Source: a bacterium
GTDB lineage: Bacteria; Krumholzibacteriota; Krumholzibacteriia; JACNKJ01
NCBI GenBank assembly: GCA_014382085.1
Contig: JACNKJ010000218.1
Span: forward strand, 1-32,153
Direction: 5' to 3'
DNA: 32,153 nucleotides
The notes beneath the pieces are model-generated. The model saw nothing but the letters and a program-made list of their open reading frames with translations, was not told the DNA's origin and searched no databases. Below are positions 1 through 8,027 of this stretch, in pieces. Numbering within the stretch: the stretch's first letter is position 1; every line of letters begins with the position of its first letter. The translations under genes and the position numbers were made by a program.

Positions 1-744
1 GGAAACATCGCCTAGGCACAGGGCCCAACGACCACCTCCCATGTCAATGGTGTCGTAGTAATCGCCTCCCACTTCCCTGGCGGGATGGCTGGCGCCGGCC
101 ACCAGGTAACGTGGAATCTCAGGTGCAGCTTTAGGCAGAAGACCCAGCTGGATCTTTCTCGCGAAGCGCAGTTCCTCTTGCACTTCGAGCAAAGCCTGCT
201 CCTCTTCGTAAAGGCGCGCGTTCTCGATGACCTGTGCCGACTGTCCGGCGATAATGGTCAGCAGGCGCTGATCGGCCTCGCTGAATTCGGCACCCTTACG
301 CTTGTTGTAGGCAGTGAGTGCTCCCACCAGTTCCGACTTGGCCATGAGGGGCACGCAGATGAGCGAGTTGATGGCCTGCCCGCCCATTTTGCCAAGACGT
401 GGATCTCCCTTGGGATCGTTGCTGAGCAAAGGTGTGCGATGGTTCATGATCCAACCGAGCAGAACTTGATCCAAATGAAACTGCGTAAGCGAAGCCGAGC
501 TGCCCAGTGCTCGCACCAGGGTCTTGGCTTCCGAAGGTGACTCGCGATCGAGTAGTGTGATGGTGGCCTGCTCGGCATCCACGGCCTTCACGGATCGAAG
601 AATGATCTCGTCGATGATTTCCTGTGTGCTGTAGGACGAGCCGATGGCCCGCGCCAAATCATTGAGGGTGGAAAGCTCCTCCACCGCACGCTGCAGACGC
701 AGATTCTCTTCGCGCAGATTCTCGGCTTCGTTCTTCTTGCTCAT
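1..744 (-). CDS. GAF domain + SpoIIE/PP2C-family serine phosphatase (RsbU-like), N-terminal 248 codons; the 3' end lies beyond the window start
   Basis: Absent from the ORF track because it runs off the edge. The reverse complement of 1..744 is open from an ATG (742-744): MSKKNEAENLREENLRLQRAVEELSTLNDLARAIGSS... It has a coiled-coil leader and a GAF-like segment (LICVPLMAKSELVGALTAYNKRKGAEFSEADQRLLTIIAGQSAQVIENARLYEE). The PP2C/SpoIIE domain then begins (ARKIQLGLLP, EVGGDYYD, ALCLGDVS). Plus-strand ORFs 85..540 and 644..916 are antisense shadows. Confidence 0.8.
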   Translation of the reverse strand, partial: MSKKNEAENLREENLRLQRAVEELSTLNDLARAIGSSYSTQEIIDEIILRSVKAVDAEQATITLLDRESPSEAKTLVRALGSSASLTQFHLDQVLLGWIMNHRTPLLSNDPKGDPRLGKMGGQAINSLICVPLMAKSELVGALTAYNKRKGAEFSEADQRLLTIIAGQSAQVIENARLYEEEQALLEVQEELRFARKIQLGLLPKAAPEIPRYLVAGASHPAREVGGDYYDTIDMGGGRWALCLGDVS

Positions 745-760
745 GCCGACTTTCGGGCGC

Positions 761-1093
761 TTATCCGCCAATGATTATGGTGGGCTCGATGCCGTCCCCG
801 GGCTTAACCTTGCGGCTGGTGTCCAAACAGAAAATAACGTAATCCTGTGCAAGACCATGAGTTACACTCTGAGCGACACTCTGCGTGCTAGAGCTACCCT
901 TTTTGATGATGAATGAATCAACGCCGAAGACCTGACTGTCTGGAAACACAACTCGGCAATCGCTGGAAGCCTTTGCGGTCGACCAAGTCACCGAATCACC
1001 GCCCTTGAGATTTGTGAGTGCGGCGGCTTCGACAACACAACACTTCGTGGTCAAGGGATGTGGCTTGATGTTCACCTTATGAGATTTGGGCAC
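761..1093 (-). CDS. Small cytoplasmic protein, paralog B of a tandem pair (no family recognised)
   Basis: ORF track gives 761..1108. The ATG at 1108 has no SD. AGGAGGAG (1098-1105) lies 4 nt upstream of an in-frame GTG (1091-1093), and that start makes the N-terminus collinear with paralog A. It shares FPDSQVFG, QDYVIFCL and the C-terminal PTIIIGG with 1129..1467. No signal peptide. Confidence 0.7.
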   Translation of the reverse strand: MPKSHKVNIKPHPLTTKCCVVEAAALTNLKGGDSVTWSTAKASSDCRVVFPDSQVFGVDSFIIKKGSSSTQSVAQSVTHGLAQDYVIFCLDTSRKVKPGDGIEPTIIIGG

Positions 1094-1128
1094 CCTACTC
1101 CTCCTCATTCAATTCGCGTAAAGAACCG

Positions 1129-1467
1129 CTAGCCACCAATGATTATGGTCGGAGAGATTCCGTCGTCGCTGCTCACCTTCTTGCCTGTCATCAGACAGAA
1201 GATTACATAGTCTTGGAACAAACCGGGCTCAAGCCCAGTGGCCACGGTTTTCGTGACGTAAGAACCCAATTCAACAATGAAGGACTCTTCGCCAAAAACC
1301 TGACTGTCGGGAAAGGTTACCTTGAAATTGCAGTCAACGGTATCGGAAACCGACCAGGTAACCTCATCTCCACCTTCTAGCCCATCTAATGGGGCCGTAT
1401 CGATCGAGCAACATTCTCCCGTTTTCGGGTTTTGGCGGATATTCACGGTAATTGGTCCAATAGACAT
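1129..1467 (-). CDS. Small cytoplasmic protein, paralog A of a tandem pair (no family recognised)
   Basis: 112 aa, ATG preceded by GGGAGGAAAGCAA. About half of the positions are identical to paralog B by eye. It has four conserved Cys (CC, DC, FCL), no His, and ends in PTIIIGG. Confidence 0.75.
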   Translation of the reverse strand: MSIGPITVNIRQNPKTGECCSIDTAPLDGLEGGDEVTWSVSDTVDCNFKVTFPDSQVFGEESFIVELGSYVTKTVATGLEPGLFQDYVIFCLMTGKKVSSDDGISPTIIIGG

Positions 1468-1500
1468 TTGCTTTCCTCCCGGATTTTCACCAACGAGGGC

Positions 1501-4173
1501 CTATTCACCTTCCCCCCTCAGTGAGTTCAAATATTGAACCCATCTCTCATCATCCCTCAATTCACCTAAAAGCGATTCGTTTTCGATCTTGGATCGCGGA
1601 TAGCCGGCCTCCACGCACTTCTTGAGCCATGATAAGGCATCATCGCGGTAGCCCATTTTCTCGTAGGTATGGCCAATTTGAAACATTACTTCGGCATTGC
1701 TGGAGTCGAGTCGCGCTAATTCCTCGAGTAGTTCGAGCGCGTTTTCGTCCTGGTCGAGAATGTGATAATAGCTGGCCAAACGTGACAAGAGAGCCGGTTC
1801 TCTCGGGGTAACAGTCCGTTGATCCTCACAAAGCTCAACAGCTCTGCGGATGGATATGACTCCTTGCTCAGAGGTTTCCTCGATGCGAAATTGCGCCGCC
1901 GCAAGGTTGCCCCAGAGACGATAGTCGTGACTGTGCAAAGCCAAAGCTCCGTTATAGTACTGTATCGCTTTTTCGTAGTCTTCATTCATGTAGTGGTAGG
2001 TGCCCAAGTTTGACAGCGCATCGTAGCTGGGCTTGATTTCGATGGATCGATTGAGCAATTCCGCAGCTTCTTCTCCGCGGCGCAGGTAGAGATAGACACC
2101 GGCCAGATCCGTGTAGCCACGGAAGTAATTCTGCGGGGTTAGTTCCTGCACCTGCTGAAACTCCGCGATGGCTTCTTCGAAGCGGAATTGATCCACATAG
2201 AACAGGCCCAGCTTCTGATGCCCCACCCAGTCATCGGGTCGAATCGCGATGGCCTGCTTCAAAATGGAATCGGCCTTTTCCGCATCGCCTCGCTTCGCAT
2301 AGCTATCGCCCAACTCACGCAATGCGCGGATATTGGAAGGATCTTCGGCCAAGGCCTGATCGAGCAGGGTCAAAGCATGGTCGCACTCTTCGATTTCACG
2401 GAAGATCACGGCCAGTGATATGCGTGCGTCCTGAAGTTCATCATCCAGAACGAGAGATCTCTCGCAATGAGTCACCGCTTTGGGAATCCACTCGTCCTGG
2501 CGGCTCCAGAGATAGCGTTGCCAGTAGGCTTCACCAAGTCCCAATTCGGCGAGGGCGTAATTGGGATCTTTCTCGATGGCCTGAACGAAGAACTCGATGG
2601 CCGTGTCCACCGCATCCAGTTTGGCGCGTCGCTGCAGGTAGTCGAGATCCTGCATGAAGCCAAGACCCTTGAGGTAGTACTCCTGCGCCAAGCTCACTTG
2701 AGTGAGGCCCGCTTCCAGCGCCAGCAGTTCCTCGGGACTGAGTTCAACTCGCAGCATTTCAATCAAAGCACCCAGGACGTCGGCCTGCAACACGGAAGCC
2801 TTGCTCACCGAATCTTCCAGCACGGCGGAATTCAAAGTGCGGTGACTGTCGGGGTCGGTGAGATTCAGCGTAAGGGTGATATCTCCATTGTCCCGCGCCA
2901 CGCTTCCCACCACGGCCAGGTTCACGCCGAACACCTGCCGCGCTTCCATGGGACTTGTGATCTCGCTTTTGCGAATGTCCGCCGCAGGCACCACCCAAAA
3001 TGCGTCGCGGAGTCCTTCGAGCTGAGTGAGTTTACTGCTCAAATACTCGTGCAGGCCGTCACCCAAGGCCTGGTTTTCGGGATCACCGCCGATGTTGGCG
3101 AAGGGCAGAATCGCAAGGTACTTGCGATCGGGAATGCCCTCGCCGCCACCTCGCAACCAGGAACTGCCGGGACCATCCAATGCCACCCAGGCCAGGATCA
3201 GGGTGAAGAAGGCGGCGGGCATCCATCGCTTCCAGGGTCGCCGTCTCGCGTCGGCAGGTAGCTTTGCGCCTCCGCCCACTGTGGCCAAATCGGCGCGCAA
3301 TTTATCCACGCTTTGATAGCGAAGTAGAGGATCTTTCTGCAGGCATCGCCTAAGAATGCCCGTGACCCCCGCGTCAAAGGCGCTGGCATCCCCCTGAAGG
3401 CCACGGGGTTCCATGTGACAGATGGCGTACATGACGCCGGGTTCGTGATCGCCCTGAAAGGCCTTCTGCCCCGTGAGCATTTCATAGAGCAGTGCGCCCA
3501 AGGACCAAACGTCGCTGCGACTGTCCACCGCTTCTCCGCGGGCCTGCTCGGGCGACATGTAGGCCGCCGTACCCACGGCCGCTCCAAGCTGTGTCAATTC
3601 CGGCGAGCCGCTTGTTTTGGCCAGTCCGAAGTCGGTGATAATGGCCTTGTTCGCGGGAGTGATCATGATGTTGCCGGGCTTGATGTCTCGATGAACCACA
3701 TTCTTGCCGTGGGCCTCACCCAAACCCTCGGCGATCTGTAAGGCGTAGCTCAAGGCCGCATTGCGGTCGAGGGGACCGTCCACCAGCAAATCTTTGAGGC
3801 TGCTTCCTTCGAGATAGGCCATGGAGATGTAGGTGTGGCCATCTACTTCATCGATCTCGTGTACGGTGCATATATTGGGATGGCTCAATGAAGCAGCCGC
3901 ACGGGCTTCGTTGAGAAAGCGAACGCGATCTTCGTCGTCGCTGAGGAGATGGCCGGACAGGAACTTCAAGGCTACTTCGCGCTGAAGCTTGGTGTCCTCG
4001 GCCCTATAGACGATACCCATGCCCCCTTCGCCTAGCAGCGAGAGGATTTGATAGTGGGCGACCGTCTTACCGATGAGATCCTGAGTCAATGGATGGAATC
4101 CTCTCCGGATCGCGGCGGGGATAAGCGAAATAGGTCCGAAATTATGGCTCACGGAGTCTAGCCGAGGGACCAT
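1501..4173 (-). CDS. Hanks-type Ser/Thr protein kinase with one TM helix, an extracytoplasmic domain and C-terminal TPR repeats
   Basis: Kinase motifs: GEGGMGIVYRA (G-loop), VALKFL (Lys), HRDIKPGNIMI (catalytic loop), DFGLAK, AYMSPEQ. TM segment WMPAAFFTLILAWVAL. A YLAILPFANIGGDPENQALGDGL domain is followed by multiple TPR-like repeats (AIEKDPNYALAELGLGEAYW, ALAEDPSNIRALRELGDSY, and others). Confidence 0.92.
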   Translation of the reverse strand: MVPRLDSVSHNFGPISLIPAAIRRGFHPLTQDLIGKTVAHYQILSLLGEGGMGIVYRAEDTKLQREVALKFLSGHLLSDDEDRVRFLNEARAAASLSHPNICTVHEIDEVDGHTYISMAYLEGSSLKDLLVDGPLDRNAALSYALQIAEGLGEAHGKNVVHRDIKPGNIMITPANKAIITDFGLAKTSGSPELTQLGAAVGTAAYMSPEQARGEAVDSRSDVWSLGALLYEMLTGQKAFQGDHEPGVMYAICHMEPRGLQGDASAFDAGVTGILRRCLQKDPLLRYQSVDKLRADLATVGGGAKLPADARRRPWKRWMPAAFFTLILAWVALDGPGSSWLRGGGEGIPDRKYLAILPFANIGGDPENQALGDGLHEYLSSKLTQLEGLRDAFWVVPAADIRKSEITSPMEARQVFGVNLAVVGSVARDNGDITLTLNLTDPDSHRTLNSAVLEDSVSKASVLQADVLGALIEMLRVELSPEELLALEAGLTQVSLAQEYYLKGLGFMQDLDYLQRRAKLDAVDTAIEFFVQAIEKDPNYALAELGLGEAYWQRYLWSRQDEWIPKAVTHCERSLVLDDELQDARISLAVIFREIEECDHALTLLDQALAEDPSNIRALRELGDSYAKRGDAEKADSILKQAIAIRPDDWVGHQKLGLFYVDQFRFEEAIAEFQQVQELTPQNYFRGYTDLAGVYLYLRRGEEAAELLNRSIEIKPSYDALSNLGTYHYMNEDYEKAIQYYNGALALHSHDYRLWGNLAAAQFRIEETSEQGVISIRRAVELCEDQRTVTPREPALLSRLASYYHILDQDENALELLEELARLDSSNAEVMFQIGHTYEKMGYRDDALSWLKKCVEAGYPRSKIENESLLGELRDDERWVQYLNSLRGEGE

Positions 4174-4244
4174 CGGGGCGCAATGCTCCTTTATAGCACT
4201 GCCCCTAGGGTTTATATTGGATCTCCACCCGAAATGAGGTCTTC

Positions 4245-5414
4245 ATGCCCCGCCCTCACGAGCTGCGCGATCATCCATTTCAGCAAACCATCTATCATCG
4301 CCTCACCGAAGCGGTGGCATCGGGGCGCTCCCCCGTGAAAGACTTCCTGGCCTTGCACTTGGGCGACACGCTACTGGACTTGCCGGCTGAAATGAATTCG
4401 CCGCTTGAAGAAGAAAACTGGGACGCACGATGGTCGCGATATGGAGATCCTCAAGGTGAGATCGAACTGCGCCGGCGTTTGGTGGAGAAGCTTCAAATTG
4501 TGAATGGAATTCCGGTGTCGGGACCCGAAGAACTACAGCTTTCCTTCGGCGCCACCGGCGGTCTGCATTTGATTATGCGCCGCCTGCTGGATCCCGGCGA
4601 TGAAATTCTAACCCTTTCGCCTTATTGGGCCATTCTTCGCGTTGTGGCAAAGACTGCCGAGCGCAAACTGGTGGAAGTGCCCTTCTTCGATCGTGTGAAT
4701 GCCGTCTCCGATGAAGAGCTGCCCGGACTTATCGAGCCCTACCTCAGCGAAAAGACCCGTGCCATCTATTTCAACACGCCCAACAATCCCAGCGGAGTGG
4801 CCCTTCGCCCGGGACAGATAAAGGCCTTGGCGAAATTCGCCGCAGGAAATGATCTTTGGATCATCGCGGATGAGGCCTACGAAGATTTCCTTTGGGCTGA
4901 TTTCAAACATGTTTGCATCGCATCCTTGCCCGAGGCTTTCGAGCGCAGCGTGAGCGTGTTCAGCTATTCCAAGAGCTATGCCGCGGCGGGCTTGCGTCTG
5001 GGCTACGTGGCTGCTCCAGCAGGAACCATCGCGGCTTTGAATCCCGGTCAGGTGGGCGTCGGATATGAAGTGAATCGTCCGGCTCAGGCGGCGGGCTTAC
5101 GGGGGCTTGCAAGACGGGAAGCGATCATTCCCCGATTGCGGGCTCAGTACCTGCAAGGCCTTCAGGCCGCGGAGGAGAATTTGGATTTACCCTATCTCGC
5201 GCCCCAAGGCTCCTACTTCCTATTCTTGGATTTACGCGATCGATGGGCGGGGCTCGGCGAAGAGGAAAAGCTTGAGCGCATGCTCGAAGCGGGCGTGAGC
5301 CTCAGCCCCGGTGAGCACTTCGGCCACGACTACGACGGATGGGCCCGCTTCTGTTACACTTGCGAGGAGCCGGATCGCATCGCCGAAGCTGCGCGAAGAG
5401 TGAGTCGGCTATAG
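4245..5414 (+). CDS. PLP-dependent aminotransferase, class I/II (aspartate/aromatic aminotransferase-like)
   Basis: Motifs NTPNNPSGV, IADEAYEDF and SYSKSYAAAGLRLGY (PLP lysine context). GAGG lies 6 nt upstream of the ATG. Confidence 0.85.
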   Translation: MPRPHELRDHPFQQTIYHRLTEAVASGRSPVKDFLALHLGDTLLDLPAEMNSPLEEENWDARWSRYGDPQGEIELRRRLVEKLQIVNGIPVSGPEELQLSFGATGGLHLIMRRLLDPGDEILTLSPYWAILRVVAKTAERKLVEVPFFDRVNAVSDEELPGLIEPYLSEKTRAIYFNTPNNPSGVALRPGQIKALAKFAAGNDLWIIADEAYEDFLWADFKHVCIASLPEAFERSVSVFSYSKSYAAAGLRLGYVAAPAGTIAALNPGQVGVGYEVNRPAQAAGLRGLARREAIIPRLRAQYLQGLQAAEENLDLPYLAPQGSYFLFLDLRDRWAGLGEEEKLERMLEAGVSLSPGEHFGHDYDGWARFCYTCEEPDRIAEAARRVSRL

Positions 5415-5437
5415 TTCTCATCCCTGAAGAAATACTG

Positions 5438-6397
5438 TTACTTCAAGAGCACCAAACGCTCTCGAGTTTGGCGGCCACCCGATTCGAGCGAAGCGAAATA
5501 GAGTCCCGCAGCAAGCGCATTACCGGCTTGGTCGCGGCCGTTCCAATCCACGGTGAATTCTCCCACCTGACCCTGCCCTTCAAACAAGGTTGCAACATGT
5601 CTTCCGGCGATGTCGTGGATGCGCAGGCTCACATGGCCGGCCACCTCGACTTTCGCACGCAACTGCGTATTGGGATTGAAGGGATTGGGATAGGCCCTTA
5701 ACTCAAATTTGCTGGCAGGCACCGCTGCGTCAGTGGGCAGAGTGGAAAGACAGTAGGCCATGTCTTGGGGAATCATGGTGAAGTTATCGATCGAGGTCCA
5801 TCGGGTGTATCCCCAATTCGCGGCGTCCAACCATGCGGGACAAGCGCCATAACTAACTTCCCATGGAGTGGCCACGATTCCCGTGAAGGGCTCCTGCGTT
5901 CCCCAAGAGATGAGAGCCGTGGCACCAATGGACATAAACTCCCCTACCTCAAGTGGAGGATCCAGGTGAACGCGCAGCTCATAGACCGTGCTACTGGTGT
6001 TATCGAATATGAGATCCTTGTCGAGATCGACCCAGGGCACCTCAACGGAATGGTAGGGAACCAGCTCCGGTGGACAGGCTTCATGGTAAAAGTTCAAACG
6101 AATGCCGTCGGGTTCGGTCCAGTAGGGTCCGCCACCGTAGTACCACTCTCCCAACCATAAGGTCACCGTGCTAATCAGCTCTCCGGTGAACTCCACAGGG
6201 ATATCATCGGCGATTTCCCCGTTTTGGCCCGACGACATCTGATAGATCATGCTGTAGTCGGGATCCTGGCAATAAATCACGTCACGCGCTTTGCCCGAGC
6301 CATCGAATTCGTTTGGTGGAGAAAAGAGAGGTATGGAATCAGCGAGCAGTGGGATCAGCAATAAAACGAGGACAAGACAAGACCTGGCAATAGACAT
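5438..6397 (-). CDS. Secreted protein with a T9SS-type (FlgD Ig-like / Por) C-terminal sorting domain; N-terminal domain unknown
   Basis: ORF track start 6409 is TTG. The ATG at 6395-6397 has GAGGTG 5 nt upstream and gives signal peptide MSIARSCLVLVLLLIPLLADS. The C-terminal ~85 aa read LRAYPNPFNPNTQLRAKVEVAGHVSLRIHDIAGRHVATLFEG...WNGRDQAGNALAAGLYFASLESGGRQTRERLVLLK, which is typical of this sorting tail. Confidence 0.8.
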   Translation of the reverse strand: MSIARSCLVLVLLLIPLLADSIPLFSPPNEFDGSGKARDVIYCQDPDYSMIYQMSSGQNGEIADDIPVEFTGELISTVTLWLGEWYYGGGPYWTEPDGIRLNFYHEACPPELVPYHSVEVPWVDLDKDLIFDNTSSTVYELRVHLDPPLEVGEFMSIGATALISWGTQEPFTGIVATPWEVSYGACPAWLDAANWGYTRWTSIDNFTMIPQDMAYCLSTLPTDAAVPASKFELRAYPNPFNPNTQLRAKVEVAGHVSLRIHDIAGRHVATLFEGQGQVGEFTVDWNGRDQAGNALAAGLYFASLESGGRQTRERLVLLK

Positions 6398-6459
6398 GGC
6401 GCACCTCAAGGTCGAATTGGGTGGATAACTCGAGGCGCAAGTTTATCATAATTATTGGC

Positions 6460-7239
6460 CTAGGGGAACCAGGTCCAGAGCCGGGAACCAAGTAGCAGTA
6501 CGGCTGCGGCCGCAGGACCCAAGAAGGGGCCATAGGGCAAGGTGGATTGCCCCGAACCCTTGTGCTTGAAAATAATGTAGAGCCCGAAAGCCGTTCCGAT
6601 CAAGGAACCTAAAAGAAGACTGGTGAGCATACCCTGCCAGCCCAACCAGGCACCCAACATGGCTGCAAGCTTGATGTCCCCCCCGCCCATGCCGTCCACT
6701 CCACGAATTATTTTATAGATCGTGAAGACCAGCAGAAGCCAACCGGCACCGATCACGATCCCTAGACCGGAGTCGACCCAACTAATCCCTAACGCGGGAG
6801 CGATGGCGAATCCGACGATGATCCCCGGAATGGTGATCATGTCGGGAATGATCCCGTGATCCAGATCAATGAAGACTACCGCCATCATGGCGAGCAGAAA
6901 GGTAGAGCGCAGTACGGCCGTGGCGAAATGGTCGGACATCAAGGCGGCGGTTAGTAGACTGATAGCGCCGAGCAATTCGACGAGAGGATAGCGCATGCTG
7001 ATGGGCGTTTTGCAGTGCCTGCAACGTCCGCGTAACAGAAGGTAACTGAAAACCGGAATGTTGTCTCTCGGCAGAATGGGTTCTTTGCATTCAGGGCAAC
7101 GGGATCGCGGCCGCGAGAGGGATATGCCCAAGGGAAACCGATGGATAACCACATTCATGAAACTGCCCAGGCACAGTCCCAGCACAAGAATCAGGAGCGG
7201 CATGAATGGTAAAGCGTTCATCCAAGTTGGCAGTAACAT
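6460..7239 (-). CDS. pilD: Type IV prepilin peptidase / N-methyltransferase (A24 family)
   Basis: N-terminal CxxC...CxxC (CPECKEPI, CRHCKTPI), catalytic Asp contexts FIDLDHGIIPD and GGGDIKLAAMLGAWLG, and a polytopic membrane profile. ORF track start 7248 is GTG. The ATG at 7237-7239 has AAGGAG 8 nt upstream. Confidence 0.92.
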   Translation of the reverse strand: MLLPTWMNALPFMPLLILVLGLCLGSFMNVVIHRFPLGISLSRPRSRCPECKEPILPRDNIPVFSYLLLRGRCRHCKTPISMRYPLVELLGAISLLTAALMSDHFATAVLRSTFLLAMMAVVFIDLDHGIIPDMITIPGIIVGFAIAPALGISWVDSGLGIVIGAGWLLLVFTIYKIIRGVDGMGGGDIKLAAMLGAWLGWQGMLTSLLLGSLIGTAFGLYIIFKHKGSGQSTLPYGPFLGPAAAAVLLLGSRLWTWFP

Positions 7240-7278
7240 TTCAGGCACTCCTTAGAATCCGTTCCAGGGCCTATAAGC

Positions 7279-8010
7279 TTAACGATGTGAAAAGACCAAG
7301 TAGCCGAAAGCGCTCAGCAGAATGGCCAGCAAAATCGCCGTCCAAAGCGGCCCGTAGGTAATCATGATGGGTTCCATAAAGCCCTGCACCTGACCCCAAA
7401 CATCACTTCCCAATCCCGAGATGTTTCGTAGGACTTCTCCAAAACTTTGGGGCGGATTGAGCTTGAATCCATTTCCGCTGTTTTCCAGACCCATAGCCTT
7501 GGCAAGGACGAGAAGGAAAACGATGACCAATAATCCTGTGAACATGGGTGCACTTTTAGCGATCACAAGGCGCTTGGTTTGCCCACTATTGGGGGCCTTG
7601 GCACCGGGAAGGCTAGCTACGAGCTTTCTCGGAGATTCGCTCGCCCTCTTCAGCTCCATTCCCTTAAGTCGATTCAGAAAGATGAAGTGATCATGCCAGA
7701 TTTTGTCGAACTCATCGACATTCCAGGGCTCATCTTGGTCTTCGTGAGGAAGAGTGTGATGATCCTGGATCATCGACATGACGGCCTCCACCTTAAGGCA
7801 GATATCATCGTTTTGATCCAGGGGAAGGATGGAATTCAACCACTCGAGATCCACGGCCAACTTGCCCTTGAGTTTTAGAAATTCCTTCTCAGCCAAGGCG
7901 GTAAGAGTGTTCTTGCCTCCATAGCTAACGGCCAGCACGCGGAACTCAACCCAATGATTGAGAAGGCTCTTCATGCGCAATCGTGAACCGAAGGAGTTTA
8001 GAACTCGCAT
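7279..8010 (-). CDS. Hypothetical membrane protein (soluble N-terminal ~150 aa, two C-terminal TM helices) embedded in the T4P operon
   Basis: ATG with AGGAGA 6 nt upstream. TM candidates are MFTGLLVIVFLLVLAKAMG and GPLWTAILLAILLSAFGYLVF. No motif I recognise. It is 17 nt downstream of pilT and 39 nt upstream of pilD. Confidence 0.6.
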   Translation of the reverse strand: MRVLNSFGSRLRMKSLLNHWVEFRVLAVSYGGKNTLTALAEKEFLKLKGKLAVDLEWLNSILPLDQNDDICLKVEAVMSMIQDHHTLPHEDQDEPWNVDEFDKIWHDHFIFLNRLKGMELKRASESPRKLVASLPGAKAPNSGQTKRLVIAKSAPMFTGLLVIVFLLVLAKAMGLENSGNGFKLNPPQSFGEVLRNISGLGSDVWGQVQGFMEPIMITYGPLWTAILLAILLSAFGYLVFSHR

Positions 8011-8027
8011 GTCGGATCTCCTGATCT

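Noticed and set aside
85-916. Plus-strand ORFs 85..540 and 644..916
   Set aside because: They are antisense shadows of the minus-strand GAF/PP2C gene (1..744) and small paralog B. The minus-strand translations carry clear family motifs and these do not.
761-1467. C-terminal Gly-Gly of the small paralogs as a ubiquitin-like modifier signature
   Set aside because: There is no E1/E2/JAB-like or ThiF/MoeB-like gene in the window. The ~110-aa size and sequence pattern fit a beta sandwich better than a beta-grasp fold. It cannot be excluded without structure prediction.
2467-3261. 264-aa plus-strand ORF inside the kinase gene (and other 60-130 aa ORFs at 1629-3741)
   Set aside because: Antisense or off-frame to a kinase with complete catalytic motifs, and the translations are Arg/Gly/Pro-rich and nonsense-like.
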